This document shows positions 28,308-41,188 of a DNA stretch of 64,000 bases, one piece after another. Below the pieces are notes generated by a model. It was not told the DNA's origin, did not search any database, and saw only the letters and a program-made list of their open reading frames with translations. Source of the stretch: Deltaproteobacteria bacterium (GTDB lineage: Bacteria; Myxococcota_A; Polyangia; Polyangiales; Houyiibacteriaceae). The translations under genes were made by a program, and so were the position numbers. Every line of letters begins with the position of its first letter. Position 1 is the first letter of the stretch. The stretch lies in contig JAXMNT010000015.1 in assembly GCA_034670305.1 (NCBI GenBank), positions 64,001-128,000 of the forward strand, given 5' to 3'.

Positions 28308-30716
28308 TCAGGAGTCCGTCGAGGGCGGACCGCCGCCCTCGTCTTTTTCCGGACGACGACGACGCCTGCGACGCGGACGATCTCCGTCGTCGCCTCCGCC
28401 ACCCTCGCCGCCGCCGCCGCCTTCACCGCCGCCGCCGCCTTCACGGCGCGGTCCACGACCACCACGGCCACCGTCGCGTCCGCCACGGCCACCGTCGCGT
28501 CCGCCACGGCCACCGTCGCGTCCGCCACGGCCACCGTCGCGTCCACGACCACCGTCGCGTCCACGACCGCGGTCACCGCGGTCGCCACGATCGGACCGGG
28601 CCGCGCGGCGCTTCTCTTCTTCTTCGTCGAAGCCTTCGGGCTTCTCGAGCAGCGGCTTGAGGGAGACCTTCAGGCGGCCTTCCCGGTCGACGCTCGAGAC
28701 GACGACTTCGATCTCGTCGCCCAGTTTGACGACATCGTCGACCGACTCGACGAACTCGTACGACATGTCCGTGATGTGGAGGAGGCCTTCCTTGCCGGGG
28801 GCGATCTCCACGAACGCGCCGTAGCGCTCGACGCGCTTGACGAGACCCTTGTACTTCGCGCCGATCTCGGGCTCGGTGGTCAGGCCTTCGATGATGGCGA
28901 TGGCCTTGAGCACGGCTTCCGGATCGGAACCCGCAACCGCCACGGTGCCGTCGTCGCTGACGTCGATCTTGGCGCCCGTCTGGTCGACGATGGCCTTGAT
29001 CATCTTGCCGCCCGGTCCGATGACCAGACGAATCTGGTCCGGCTTCACCTTGATGGTGGTGATGCGCGGGGCGTGCTTGCTGAGCTCGGGACGCTGGGTC
29101 GCGAGCACTTCGTTCATCTTGTCGAGGATGTGCAGCCGACCGCGGCGGGCCTGCTGAAGGGCCTCGAGCATGACCTCGTTGCTGAGGCCATCGACCTTGA
29201 TGTCCATCTGGATCGCGGTGATGCCCTTGGAGGTGCCACAGACCTTGAAGTCCATGTCGCCGAGGTGGTCTTCGTCACCGAGGATGTCCGTGAGGACGGC
29301 GTACTTGTCGCCTTCCATGATGAGACCCATCGCGACGCCCGCGCAGGGCGCCTTGATCGGCACACCAGCGTCCATGAGCGCGAGCGAGCCGCCACACACC
29401 GAAGCCATGGAGGACGAGCCGTTCGACTCGGTGATCTCCGAGACGATGCGCATCGTGTAGGGGAACTCTTCTTTGGAGGGAAGGAGTCCACGAAGGGCGC
29501 GCTCGGCCAGGTTGCCGTGGCCGATCTCGCGACGGCCCGGTCCCCGGAGGAACTTGGTCTCGCCGACCGAGTAGGGCGGGAAGTTGTAGTGGAGGAAGAA
29601 GTTGTTCCAGTACGACTCCATGAGGCCGTCGATCTTCTGCTCGTCCGCAGCGGTGCCGAGGGTCGCAGTGACGATGGCCTGGGTCTCGCCGCGGGTGAAC
29701 AGCGAGGAGCCGTGCACGCGGGGAAGAAGACCGGCTTCGATCGCGATCGGGCGAACCGTCTCGTAGTCGCGTCCGTCGACGCGGCGTTTGTCGTCGAGGA
29801 CCTGCGCACGCATCGTGTGGAACTGAAGGTCCGAGAACGCGGCCTTCACGTCGTCGATGTTGTCCGGGAAGGTGTCGGCGAGGTCGGCGACGACGGCCTT
29901 CTTGGCCGCCTTGAACGCTGCGTAGCGCTCGTGTTTGACGGCGACGTTGCAGCATTCCTTGATGCGCGCGAGGCCGACTTCTTTGACCTTGGTGTCGATG
30001 GCGGGGTCGCGGGTCGCGGGCGTGTAGACCCACTTTTCCTTGCCGGCCGCTTCCTGCATCTGCTGCTGCAGCTTGAGGATCGGCTGAAGGGCCGCGTGGC
30101 CGAACGCGATGGCGGCGAGGAGGTCTTCTTCCGTCGCTTGGTCCGCTTGGCCTTCGACCATCATGATCGCGTCGGGGCCGGCGGCCACGATGATCTCGAT
30201 GTCGGCTTCCTTCGACTGAGCGAAGCTCGGGTTGGCGACGAACTCACCGTTGAGGCGTGCGACGCGGACGCCGCCGATCGGGCCCTTGAACGGGACCTCG
30301 CAGAGCATGAGCGCCGCCGAAGCACCGCACATCGCGAGCACGTCGGTGGGGTGCTCGGGATCCGCGGACATCACCGTGGCGATGACCTGGATCTCGGCGC
30401 GGTAGCCGTCGGGGAAGAGCGGGCGACACGGACGGTCGATGAGACGGCTCGTGAGCACTTCGTGGTCGCGGAGGCGGCCTTCGCGCTTGAAGAAGCCGCC
30501 CGGGATCTTGCCGGCCGAGTACGTCTTCTCGACGTAGTCCACGGTGAGCGGGAGGAAGTGCTGATGGGGGCGCGCCTCTTCGGCACCGCAAACGGTGACG
30601 AGGACAACGGACTCTCCGCAGCTCACGAGCACGGATCCGCCCGCCTGTTTGGCGATGCGACCCGTCTCGAGCGTGACCGACTTGTCGCCGACCTTCACGG
30701 ACTCTCGAATGATCAT
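28308..30716 (-). CDS. pnp: Polyribonucleotide nucleotidyltransferase
   Basis: ETGRIAKQA, FLPLTVDY, FFKREG, RREIGHG, SNGSSSMASVCG, GDMDFKV, KH and S1 domains. Confidence 0.98.
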   Translation of the reverse strand: MIIRESVKVGDKSVTLETGRIAKQAGGSVLVSCGESVVLVTVCGAEEARPHQHFLPLTVDYVEKTYSAGKIPGGFFKREGRLRDHEVLTSRLIDRPCRPLFPDGYRAEIQVIATVMSADPEHPTDVLAMCGASAALMLCEVPFKGPIGGVRVARLNGEFVANPSFAQSKEADIEIIVAAGPDAIMMVEGQADQATEEDLLAAIAFGHAALQPILKLQQQMQEAAGKEKWVYTPATRDPAIDTKVKEVGLARIKECCNVAVKHERYAAFKAAKKAVVADLADTFPDNIDDVKAAFSDLQFHTMRAQVLDDKRRVDGRDYETVRPIAIEAGLLPRVHGSSLFTRGETQAIVTATLGTAADEQKIDGLMESYWNNFFLHYNFPPYSVGETKFLRGPGRREIGHGNLAERALRGLLPSKEEFPYTMRIVSEITESNGSSSMASVCGGSLALMDAGVPIKAPCAGVAMGLIMEGDKYAVLTDILGDEDHLGDMDFKVCGTSKGITAIQMDIKVDGLSNEVMLEALQQARRGRLHILDKMNEVLATQRPELSKHAPRITTIKVKPDQIRLVIGPGGKMIKAIVDQTGAKIDVSDDGTVAVAGSDPEAVLKAIAIIEGLTTEPEIGAKYKGLVKRVERYGAFVEIAPGKEGLLHITDMSYEFVESVDDVVKLGDEIEVVVSSVDREGRLKVSLKPLLEKPEGFDEEEEKRRAARSDRGDRGDRGRGRDGGRGRDGGRGGRDGGRGGRDGGRGGRDGGRGGRGPRREGGGGGEGGGGGEGGGGDDGDRPRRRRRRRPEKDEGGGPPSTDS

Positions 30717-30990
30717 GTGGTTCTCCGCCAGTCTCCGGCGCAGGTGGCGCGGGAGCTGGTCGTTCTTGGGTTCAGTAGCTGAACTCGGAAGGCGGAGACT
30801 GAAGCTCGGTCCTCGGTCAGAACGCTCGAAATCGCGGAGTTTCGCGTGCGAGCCCTCGGAACGAGGTACGAACCAGCTGCCCCGTCCTTCGGAGCCGCCG
30901 CATTCTGTCCGACCCGCCCCAAAACGCAACCCCGGACGGCGGCCGTGAGCGACCGCACGCACCTGGTCGGGTGTCGACCGGTCCGCGCGC

Positions 30991-33513
<2,523 letters not shown>

Positions 33514-33653
33514 GGGCCGAGCATACCCGACGCCTGGTGTTTGCAGTCCAGATGCGAGGATCGGTCCGCCGCTGGAAGCGAATGCGGAGTGGGAGCCACA
33601 GAACGTCCCGATTCGGCGACGATTGGCCGCTTCTTGTCGCCGAAGCCGGCCGC

Positions 33654-33681
33654 TTGACCGTCGTTCGACCCCTGCCATACT
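33654..33681 (+). promoter_or_regulatory. Putative sigma70 promoter of rpsO
   Basis: TTGACC, 16-nt spacer, extended TGn CATACT, about 100 nt upstream of the rpsO ATG. Confidence 0.45.
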
Positions 33682-33779
33682 CCGCCGCCTTGCTCGGCAA
33701 AACGTCGAGTGAGACCCAACTCCCACGCGTTCGCCCGTGCCGCGAACGCGCCGGTCCTCGGCACGAAAGACAACACACC

Positions 33780-34049
33780 ATGGCCCTGCATACCGACCGC
33801 AAGAGCGAACTCATCCAGTCCTTCCGCGTCCACGACGGAGACACCGGTTCGCCCGAGGTCCAGATCGCCCTCCTCACCGAGCGCATCATCTACCTCACCG
33901 AGCACTTCAAGACGCACAAGAAGGACCACCACAGCCGTCGTGGTCTTCTGAAGCTCGTCAGCCGCCGTCGCCGTCTCCTCGACTACGTCCGCGGCAAGGA
34001 CGTGGAGCGCTACCGCAACATCATCACCGCGCTCGGCATCCGTAAGTAA
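33780..34049 (+). CDS. rpsO: 30S ribosomal protein S15
   Basis: [33 protein letters not shown]. Confidence 0.98.
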   Translation: MALHTDRKSELIQSFRVHDGDTGSPEVQIALLTERIIYLTEHFKTHKKDHHSRRGLLKLVSRRRRLLDYVRGKDVERYRNIITALGIRK

Positions 34050-34078
34050 GCCGACCTGCTGGAGCGATGAGAAGAAGT

Positions 34079-34114
34079 GAAGGCGTCCGCATCGCGCGGG
34101 CGCCTTTTTCTTTT
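34079..34114 (+). terminator. Rho-independent terminator of rpsO
   Basis: AAGGCGTCCGC-loop-GCGGGCGCCTT followed by TTTCTTTT. Confidence 0.85.
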
Positions 34115-34119
34115 CGCGG

Positions 34120-34408
<289 letters not shown>

Positions 34409-34409
34409 C

Positions 34410-34435
34410 GGCCGGCGCCCCGAGGGACGCCGGCC
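34410..34435 (-). other. Conserved 3' hairpin of four-helix-bundle gene copy 1
   Basis: Sense strand GGCCGGCGUCC-CUCG-GGGCGCCGGCC, 6 nt after the stop; homologous hairpin at 59101-59137. Confidence 0.8.
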
Positions 34436-34441
34436 TCAATC

Positions 34442-34756
34442 TCAGCGGCTGAGCTTGTAGAGCATCGCGCACACGTGGTCGCACTGGTCGAGGAGCGCCT
34501 CGTCCACCTCCACGTACCCGAAGACCTCGGCCAGCTGCATCGCAGCCTTCAGCTCGCTGCACTCGCCGTACGCAATCGAGAACTTGTCGTGACAACGAAG
34601 CCCTCGCGCCTGCCGAGCCTCCGCGATGTTGAGGACCACGCCCTGCGCCGCCCGCTGCATCTGAGAAGCGAGCGAAGCGTCGTGCTTGCGAACGCTCGGC
34701 AGCACCTGAGCGCGCAGCGAACGCACGAGTTCAAAAGAAGTTTGTAGAACGATCAT
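34442..34756 (-). CDS. Four-helix-bundle protein (23S rRNA-IVP / Avd-like family)
   Basis: [19 protein letters not shown]...[10 protein letters not shown] matches the L.DQ..RA..SI..NIAEG...F.IA.GS..E family pattern; alternative GTG start at 34777. Confidence 0.88.
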   Translation of the reverse strand: MIVLQTSFELVRSLRAQVLPSVRKHDASLASQMQRAAQGVVLNIAEARQARGLRCHDKFSIAYGECSELKAAMQLAEVFGYVEVDEALLDQCDHVCAMLYKLSR

Positions 34757-34793
34757 CGGAGACCCCTGTGTGAACACGACCGAGCGACATGCC

Positions 34794-34877
34794 CGGCGGC
34801 CGCAGGCCGCCGTCGTCTGGCGGGTCAGGGGTCAAGGGCGAAGCGGCGCGCAGGCGCCGGGCCGAAGGCACCCTTGA
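34794..34877. repeat. REP-like multi-hairpin element upstream of the four-helix-bundle gene
   Basis: CGGCGGCC-GCA-GGCCGCCG; outer stem TCAAGGG...CCCTTGA enclosing GCGAAGC and GCC-GAA-GGC mini-hairpins. Confidence 0.6.
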
Positions 34878-34944
34878 GGCCTGGCACGCCAGACGACACG
34901 CTTGATCACCCGCCGGGCACAACCCCACCCCCAATGGGCTCTCG

Positions 34945-35126
34945 AATCCGACTCCGAAGGAGCGGATGAGGCCGACTCCGAAGGAGAGGCTACAGCCCGG
35001 AGCGAAAGGAAGCGGAGGCGGGAGCGGGAGCGGGAGCGGGAAGCGGTAGCGGTAGCGGTAGCGGTAGCGGGAGCGGTAGCGGTAACGGAAGCGGAAGCGG
35101 AAGCGGTAGCGGTAGCGGAAGCGGAT
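34945..35126. repeat. Mosaic hexamer array (GCGGGA/GCGGTA/GCGGAA) with degenerate left part
   Basis: Tandem units upstream of the four-helix-bundle gene, same strand sense as 34120-34408. Confidence 0.9.
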
Positions 35127-35132
35127 AAGCCC

Positions 35133-35690
35133 CTACTCCCGAATCTCGATCACCGCCCCGTCCGCCACCGCCCCGTACAACTCCTCCGCTTCCTCATCCG
35201 TCACGGCGATGCAGCCCGCGGTCCAGTTGCGCATGAAGCGCGGCACGAGTGCCGGTGTCCCGTGGATCCCGATCGCACCACCGATGCCCACCACGTCGCC
35301 GTCCTCGTCTTCGGGGAGCTCGCCGCGCTCGCGAAGCCCGCGGTACCGCCGGCGGTCGTCTGCGTTCGGATAGGAGACGTGGAGGAATCGATGAAACGAG
35401 GCGCTGTGGTGGCGGCTGTCGATGCGGTAGCGGCCTTCGGGGGTGCGGGCGTCGCCTTCCCACTGCTTCGGGCCGAGCCCGCCCACGCCCACCGCGACCC
35501 GGTACACCTTGATGAGTTCGCGCCCACGGTACGCGCTCATGGTGTGGTCGCTCTTGTCGACCAGCAGCCGGGTGATGCGCATGCCGCGCGGCAGCGGTCC
35601 GGTCACCGAACCTTGGGCCAGCGCGGCGCCGCACGCGACGAGCACGCTCAGCGCGACGAGGGCGAGGCGTGTCTGGGTGCGGAGCATCAT
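35133..35690 (-). CDS. L,D-transpeptidase (YkuD family)
   Basis: EGDARTPEGRY, HVSYPN, IGIHG, WTAGCIAV. Confidence 0.92.
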   Translation of the reverse strand: MMLRTQTRLALVALSVLVACGAALAQGSVTGPLPRGMRITRLLVDKSDHTMSAYRGRELIKVYRVAVGVGGLGPKQWEGDARTPEGRYRIDSRHHSASFHRFLHVSYPNADDRRRYRGLRERGELPEDEDGDVVGIGGAIGIHGTPALVPRFMRNWTAGCIAVTDEEAEELYGAVADGAVIEIRE

Positions 35691-35773
35691 CCGCCATCCT
35701 ACACACGAGCGGTGCGCGCGCATTCCACGCGCGTGATCACAATTGAAGTAGCGGCGTCGCCACCCGTGCGACC

Positions 35774-36475
35774 ATGTCCACCATGCCCGCCACGAAGACC
35801 TGGATCCCCATCAACGACGATCTCCGCGTGCTCGAGTACAGCTTCGGGCCGGGCAACTCCAACGCGTTCGCGTTTCGAGCCATGGATGGCTGGGTGATCA
35901 TGAGCCCGCCCTGCAAGGTCGACGAGTCGGCCTACGAGGGGTTCGATGGGGGCGTGACCGCGCTCGTGGCCACCAACGGCTTTCACCACCTCGGTCTGCG
36001 TCCATGGAAGGAGCGTTTCCCGGACGCCACCCTGCACGCGCACGAGAAGGCCGCGAAGCGGATCGCAAAGAAGCAGAAGGGCCTCGCGCTCGACTCACTC
36101 GATGCGCTCAACGAGAAGCTCCCCGAGAGCACCCAGGTCGTGGCCACGCCACACTTGAAGACGCCCGACGGCCACGTGTTCGTCTCCACCGACGCGGGCA
36201 CCTACTGGTACACGGGCGACACCGTGGGCAACTCTCCGTTGCCCAAGAACGCCGTGTTCGGCTGGCTGTTCAAGATCACAGGCAGCGGCCCTGGCTACAA
36301 GGTCAACCACCTCATCCTGAAGTTCCTCGGCGCCAACAAGCCACCGTTGAAGCAGTGGATGCTCGAACGGATCGAAGCGAACCCGCTTGCGGGTGTGATT
36401 CCTGGGCACGGCGACACGGTGCTCGAGGCGGACGCCCACGACCGCACCAAGTCCATGCTCGAAACCGAGATGTAG
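35774..36475 (+). CDS. Metallo-beta-lactamase-fold protein (DUF4336-like)
   Basis: ATNGFHHLG, YTGD, IPGHGD. Confidence 0.75.
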   Translation: MSTMPATKTWIPINDDLRVLEYSFGPGNSNAFAFRAMDGWVIMSPPCKVDESAYEGFDGGVTALVATNGFHHLGLRPWKERFPDATLHAHEKAAKRIAKKQKGLALDSLDALNEKLPESTQVVATPHLKTPDGHVFVSTDAGTYWYTGDTVGNSPLPKNAVFGWLFKITGSGPGYKVNHLILKFLGANKPPLKQWMLERIEANPLAGVIPGHGDTVLEADAHDRTKSMLETEM

Positions 36476-36502
36476 AACGGGTTGGGTTGCTGCGCCTGGC
36501 GG

Positions 36503-37237
36503 CTACCCAGCGAAGGGGATCAACGTGCGCAGCTGCCGCACCCGTTCACGCGCCAGCGGCACCCGCGGCGTCTCGGGGTGGTCGAGCACGATCTCGTAGG
36601 TGCCCGCGCCGCTCGGCTCGAGGCTCCGGATGCTCGTGATGCGTACGAGGCAGCTCCGGTGCGAGCGGAAGAACTCCCCTTCGGGCGCGCGGCGCGTCAC
36701 CGCCGCGAGGGTGAGATCGAGCGCGTAGGCGTCGTCCTGGGTCACCGCCCACACGAGCTCGTCGCGCACGTGGAAGTACACGACGTCGGCCACGTCGACG
36801 ACCACGTACCCGCCGCGGCGTCGCACCGCGAGCCGGTCGAGCGTCTCTTCGCTCGGACGGTCGCCCTTGAGGTTGGCGCGCACCCGCTCGAGCGTTGTCT
36901 TGAGGCGCTCGAGCCGCACCGGCTTGAGCAGGTAGTCGAGCACTTCGGCTTCGTAGGCGCGCAACGCGCCGTCGTCGTGGGCGGAGACCACCACCACGTT
37001 CAAGGCCGGGTCCTTGGCCCGCAGCGCTTCGGCGAGGGCGATGCCATCGGGGCCGGGCATTCTCAGATCCACGAAGGCCACATCGGGTGCCGCGTCTTCG
37101 ACCACGCCGACGGCGGTCTTGGCATTGCCGGCTTCGCCAACGACTTCGACGTCGAGCTGGCCGAGCAAGAACGTGAGTTCGTCGCGGGCCAGCGGCTCGT
37201 CGTCCACCACGACGGCACGGATCTTCTCTTTGCTCAT
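36503..37237 (-). CDS. LytTR-family response regulator
   Basis: VVDDEPLAR, FVDLRMPG, DYLLKP, FFRSHRSCLV. Confidence 0.95.
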   Translation of the reverse strand: MSKEKIRAVVVDDEPLARDELTFLLGQLDVEVVGEAGNAKTAVGVVEDAAPDVAFVDLRMPGPDGIALAEALRAKDPALNVVVVSAHDDGALRAYEAEVLDYLLKPVRLERLKTTLERVRANLKGDRPSEETLDRLAVRRRGGYVVVDVADVVYFHVRDELVWAVTQDDAYALDLTLAAVTRRAPEGEFFRSHRSCLVRITSIRSLEPSGAGTYEIVLDHPETPRVPLARERVRQLRTLIPFAG

Positions 37238-38493
37238 GCAGCGGTCCTCTCGGCCTCCGGGTTCACCTCGTCCCAGGGTATCTCGACCCGGGCACACATC
37301 CCCGTTTCATGTGGATCGAGGGTGAGCTTCGCCTCCCCTCGAAAACGCATGGCGAGCCGCTCTCGCAGCGTCTCGAGCGCAATGCCCGCGCCGTCCTCGA
37401 GCACCCCGATGCGGGTGCCTTGGGAACGGTCGATCACCCGCACCACGAGTCGGTCTTGTTCGATGGTCGCCTCGATGCGCACCACGCCCGGTCCATCGTG
37501 GGCCCCGACGCCGTGTTTGACCGCGTTCTCGACGAGCGGCTGCAGGAGCAACGCCGGGACCTGCGCTTGGGCGGCGCGCGGGTCCACTTCGGTCTCGACC
37601 ACGAGCCGCGCGTCTCCGAGCCGCGCGCGTTCGATCGCCAGGTACGCGCAGGCGTGGTCGACTTCGCTCTGGAGCGGCGCGTCCTGCGGGTGGTTGAGCA
37701 GGTAGCGGTACAAGTCAGAGAGATCGTTCACGAGCTCGCGGGCTTTGGCCGGGTCGACGCGGATCGTCGCGCGGAGGGTGTTGAGTGCGTTGAACAAGAA
37801 GTGCGGTTCCAAGCGGCGGCGGAGCGCTTCGAGCGCGAGGTGATCCGCGGCCGCCTGGGCTCCGACGAGTGCGACGGCCGCTTCTTCACGCGCGAGTACG
37901 ACTCGGGTGGTGAAGACGAAGATCGTCACGCACACCGCGACCCCGCCCGCCTGCACCAGGATGACCGGCCACGTCGCCAAGAAGTCCAGGGTCGTGCCGC
38001 CGCCGCTCGCGGTCAGGGCGAGCGTCAGCGCGATGAACCCGAAGCGCAGCACCTCCGCCGAAAAGGTCGTGAGAAACGCCCGCCAGCCTTGGAACCAGTC
38101 CGGGTGCCGTTCGATGACCCAGGCGGCGAACATGCCTTCGAAGGTGGTCGCCGCGACACCGACCAACCCGAGCGAGGGCTCGACGCGGTAGACGTAGAAG
38201 AGCCCGCTGAGCAGCCCGGTCATGAGGCCGACCCGGCCGCCGCCAAGAATGGCGGCCATCATCACGCCGACCGCATGAATGTTCACGTGGGCGCCAAGCC
38301 ACCATTCGCCCATCTTCGCGCCCCACATGGCGAGACAGAAGCCGATCAGGAGCGCGGCAAACCGGTCGCGGGGATGTCCCCCGAGTCCGAGCAAACGGTT
38401 GCGGAGCCACGGCACGAGCACCGAGACCAAGCCGGCGGTCACCACCAGCCCGAGCTTCTCGGCGATCTCGATGAGGATGAGCCGGATGTCCAC
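37234..38493 (-). CDS. LytS/YehU-family sensor histidine kinase
   Basis: N-terminal multi-TM domain, PHFLFNALNT, LQPLVENAVKHG, GAGIAL. Confidence 0.93.
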   Translation of the reverse strand: MDIRLILIEIAEKLGLVVTAGLVSVLVPWLRNRLLGLGGHPRDRFAALLIGFCLAMWGAKMGEWWLGAHVNIHAVGVMMAAILGGGRVGLMTGLLSGLFYVYRVEPSLGLVGVAATTFEGMFAAWVIERHPDWFQGWRAFLTTFSAEVLRFGFIALTLALTASGGGTTLDFLATWPVILVQAGGVAVCVTIFVFTTRVVLAREEAAVALVGAQAAADHLALEALRRRLEPHFLFNALNTLRATIRVDPAKARELVNDLSDLYRYLLNHPQDAPLQSEVDHACAYLAIERARLGDARLVVETEVDPRAAQAQVPALLLQPLVENAVKHGVGAHDGPGVVRIEATIEQDRLVVRVIDRSQGTRIGVLEDGAGIALETLRERLAMRFRGEAKLTLDPHETGMCARVEIPWDEVNPEAERTAA

Positions 38494-38503
38494 GGCGCGT
38501 ACT

Positions 38504-39493
38504 CTAGTTCATCTGACTTCGCCGCAGCACTGCGGCTTCGGCTTGCCGCATCAGCTCGCGCGCGCCGCGATCGATGAGTCCCTGTGCGACCTCTTGGCCG
38601 AGCGCTCGCGCATTCTCGATCGCCGACGCGTCCGTGGTCTGGAGGTAGAGTTCGCCCATGCCATCGAGGATCGACCGACCCTCGATGTCGCCCACCATCG
38701 CCTGGAGCGACAAGCGGCCGTCGGCGAGTCGCGCGTGTCCCGCGATCGGCACCCGGCAGCTGCCTTCGAGCGCGATGAGCAGCGCGCGCTCCGCCTCGGT
38801 CACCACCCGCGTGTCGGCGTGTTCGAGCCGGCGAACGAGTTCGACCGTGTCGGTGTCTTCGAGGCGGGCCTCGAGCGCGAGCGTGCCTTGCCCGATCGCC
38901 GGCAAGCAGACGTCCCGTTCGAGCAACACATGCGGCTGCCCCTCGAGCAGACCGAGCCGGGTCAGCCCCGCCGCCGCGAGCACGATGCCGTCGTAGTCCC
39001 CGTCGCGCAGACGCTTCAGTCGGGTGTCGACGTTGCCGCGCAGTGTCTTGAACGCGAGGTCCGGGCGGTGCCGCCGAAGCTGGGTCTCGCGCCGGAGCGA
39101 GGTCGTGCCGATGACCGCGCCCGCGCTCAGGTCCATCAGGTCTTCGCCGTCACGCGTCAGCAACACGTCGCGCGGATCTTCGCGCTCGGGAAAACACACG
39201 AGGCCGAGTCCTTCTGCGGGCTGCACGTCACCCGGGACATCCTTGAGCGAGTGCACCGCGAGGTCGGCTTCACCGCGAGCGACGTACGCTTCGACCTCGC
39301 TCACGAACAGCCCCTTGCCACCGACCTCGTGCAGCGGCCGGTCCTGCACCCGGTCCCCTTCGGTGACCACCTGGATCTCTTCCACCTCGAGCCCAGGCTC
39401 GAACGCACGAAGCTGAGCCGCCACCCAACGGGTCTGCCAGAGCGCAAGGTTCGATCCGCGTGTCGCGATCCGGAGCTTCATGCGCGGGGGCAT
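38504..39493 (-). CDS. hemC: Hydroxymethylbilane synthase (porphobilinogen deaminase)
   Basis: [49 protein letters not shown]; start 39493 or 39481. Confidence 0.97.
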   Translation of the reverse strand: MPPRMKLRIATRGSNLALWQTRWVAAQLRAFEPGLEVEEIQVVTEGDRVQDRPLHEVGGKGLFVSEVEAYVARGEADLAVHSLKDVPGDVQPAEGLGLVCFPEREDPRDVLLTRDGEDLMDLSAGAVIGTTSLRRETQLRRHRPDLAFKTLRGNVDTRLKRLRDGDYDGIVLAAAGLTRLGLLEGQPHVLLERDVCLPAIGQGTLALEARLEDTDTVELVRRLEHADTRVVTEAERALLIALEGSCRVPIAGHARLADGRLSLQAMVGDIEGRSILDGMGELYLQTTDASAIENARALGQEVAQGLIDRGARELMRQAEAAVLRRSQMN

Positions 39494-39516
39494 AGCATGC
39501 CAGTGCCGAACCCAAA

Positions 39517-39839
39517 GGAGTCGGAGTCGGAGTCGGAGTCGGAGTCGGGCGTCGGCGTCGGCGTCGGCTTCGGCTTCGGCTTCGGTTTCGGCTTCGGCGT
39601 CGGCTTCGGCGTCGGCTTCGGCGTCGGCTTCGGCTTCGGCTTCGGCGTCGGCTTCGGCTTCGGCTTCGGCGTCGGCGTCGGCGTCGGCGTCGGCTTCGGC
39701 GTCGGCGTCGGCGTCGGCTTCGGCGTCGGCTTCGGCTTCGGCTTCGGCTTCGGTATCGGCTTCCGCTTCCGCTACCGCTTCCGCTACCGCTACCGCTACC
39801 GCTACCGCTACCGCTACCGCTACCGCTCCCGCTTCCGCG
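39517..39839. repeat. Mosaic hexamer array (TCGGAG/TCGGCG/TCGGCT then ACCGCT/TCCGCT) between hemA and hemC
   Basis: About 53 tandem units in blocks of different hexamers. Confidence 0.97.
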
Positions 39840-39853
39840 CCCCCCCCCGCCGC

Positions 39854-41188
39854 TCAGGAGCGTGACTTCTCGGGCGCCAGCTTGCCGTCCTCGCTCGGCT
39901 CGGCGTCTTCGCCCGCGACCTCGCCGAGATCGAACAGGGTTCGGGTCGCTTCGATCAGCGCGGCGCCGTCCGGTCCACGCGCACCGCGTTTCAGTGCACT
40001 CAGCGGCGTGTGCAGAAGCTTCGAGACCATGGACTTCACCATGCGGTCGAGTACCTGACGTTCTTTCGGGCCCAGCTCGAGCTTGCCGCTCGAACGCTGC
40101 AGCTCCGCCAGCGCGACTGCGGTGAACCGTTCCCGCAGCGCGATGATCGTCGGCGTGAGATCCAGGCTCCTGCGCCAGACCTCGAACTCCTCGACCTCGA
40201 TCTCGACGATGCGTTCGGCCGCGTCGGCGGATTTCGCGCGCTGCTTGATGTTCTCTTCGGCGACCCGCTGCAGGTCGTCGACGTCGTACAAGAAGACGTT
40301 TTCGAGATCGCCGACCCGGGGGTCCACATCGCGCGGCACGGCGATGTCGATCAAGAAGAGCGGACGGCCTCGGCGCGCCTTCGAGACATCCTTCATCATG
40401 GGCGCGGTGAGGACGTAGCTCGGACTCGACGTGGAGGTGATGACGACATCCGCCCGCACCAGCTCGGCCGCCAGCTGCACGTAGGGCACGGCTTCGCCGT
40501 TGCACGCCGTGGCCAACGCTTCCGCGCGTGCAGGGCTGCGGTTGACCACCACGAGGTGGGCGCCACTGCCCGACAGACTCTTCGCGGCGGCTTCGCCCAT
40601 TTCACCGGCGCCGAGCAGGAGCACCCGACGCCCGGACAGGTCGCCGAAGATCTTCCGCGCGAGCGAGGTCGCGATCGAGGACACGCTGACGGTGCCTTCG
40701 GCGATGCCGGTCTCGGTCCGGACCCGTTTGGCGACCGCGAACGCGCGGGTGAAGCAGCGGCCGAGCAGCATGCCCACCGTGCCCGCCTGTTGCGCGCGGT
40801 CGTAGGCTTCTTTCACTTGGCCCAGGATCTGCGGCTCGCCGACCACCATCGAGTCGAGGCTCGCCGCCACTCGGAACGCGTGCCGCACAGCATCGCGCCC
40901 TCGGTGTCCGTAGACCGCGTCTCCGCTCGCGAGCACCTGCTCGAACGCGGCGCCGGCGCGCTCGCGAAGTACCGTGCGGGCGGACTGAATCGAACCGGCC
41001 GCGTCGTCGGTCACGCCGTAGAGCTCCACTCGGTTGCAGGTCGAGATGGCGACCGCCTCCGCGAACACTTCGCGGCGCAACAGCTCCGCAAGGAACACCT
41101 CGAGCGATCCGGTCTCGCCGGCCAGTTGCTCGCGCACCTGCAGTGGCGCGGTGTGGTGCGAGAGCCCCACGACGACAACGCTGCTCAC
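39854..41188 (-). CDS. hemA: Glutamyl-tRNA reductase
   Basis: GLSHHTAP, STCNRVE, LDSMVVGEPQILGQ, GAGEMG, DIAVPRD; GTG start overlaps the ccsA stop. Confidence 0.97.
   Translation of the reverse strand: MSSVVVVGLSHHTAPLQVREQLAGETGSLEVFLAELLRREVFAEAVAISTCNRVELYGVTDDAAGSIQSARTVLRERAGAAFEQVLASGDAVYGHRGRDAVRHAFRVAASLDSMVVGEPQILGQVKEAYDRAQQAGTVGMLLGRCFTRAFAVAKRVRTETGIAEGTVSVSSIATSLARKIFGDLSGRRVLLLGAGEMGEAAAKSLSGSGAHLVVVNRSPARAEALATACNGEAVPYVQLAAELVRADVVITSTSSPSYVLTAPMMKDVSKARRGRPLFLIDIAVPRDVDPRVGDLENVFLYDVDDLQRVAEENIKQRAKSADAAERIVEIEVEEFEVWRRSLDLTPTIIALRERFTAVALAELQRSSGKLELGPKERQVLDRMVKSMVSKLLHTPLSALKRGARGPDGAALIEATRTLFDLGEVAGEDAEPSEDGKLAPEKSRS

Noticed and set aside
30740-30900. Riboswitch or ncRNA in the pnp leader
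   Set aside because: Hairpins are present (e.g. GTTCAG-TAG-CTGAAC) but I cannot match a known family by eye; an Rfam search would be needed.
34442-34756. Diversity-generating retroelement (Avd-like gene)
   Set aside because: No reverse transcriptase and no TR/VR pair with adenine-specific mismatches seen; differences between the two paralogues are ordinary, mostly synonymous changes.
34442-34756. 23S rRNA intervening sequence
   Set aside because: No rRNA sequence flanks the gene; the family name is historical.
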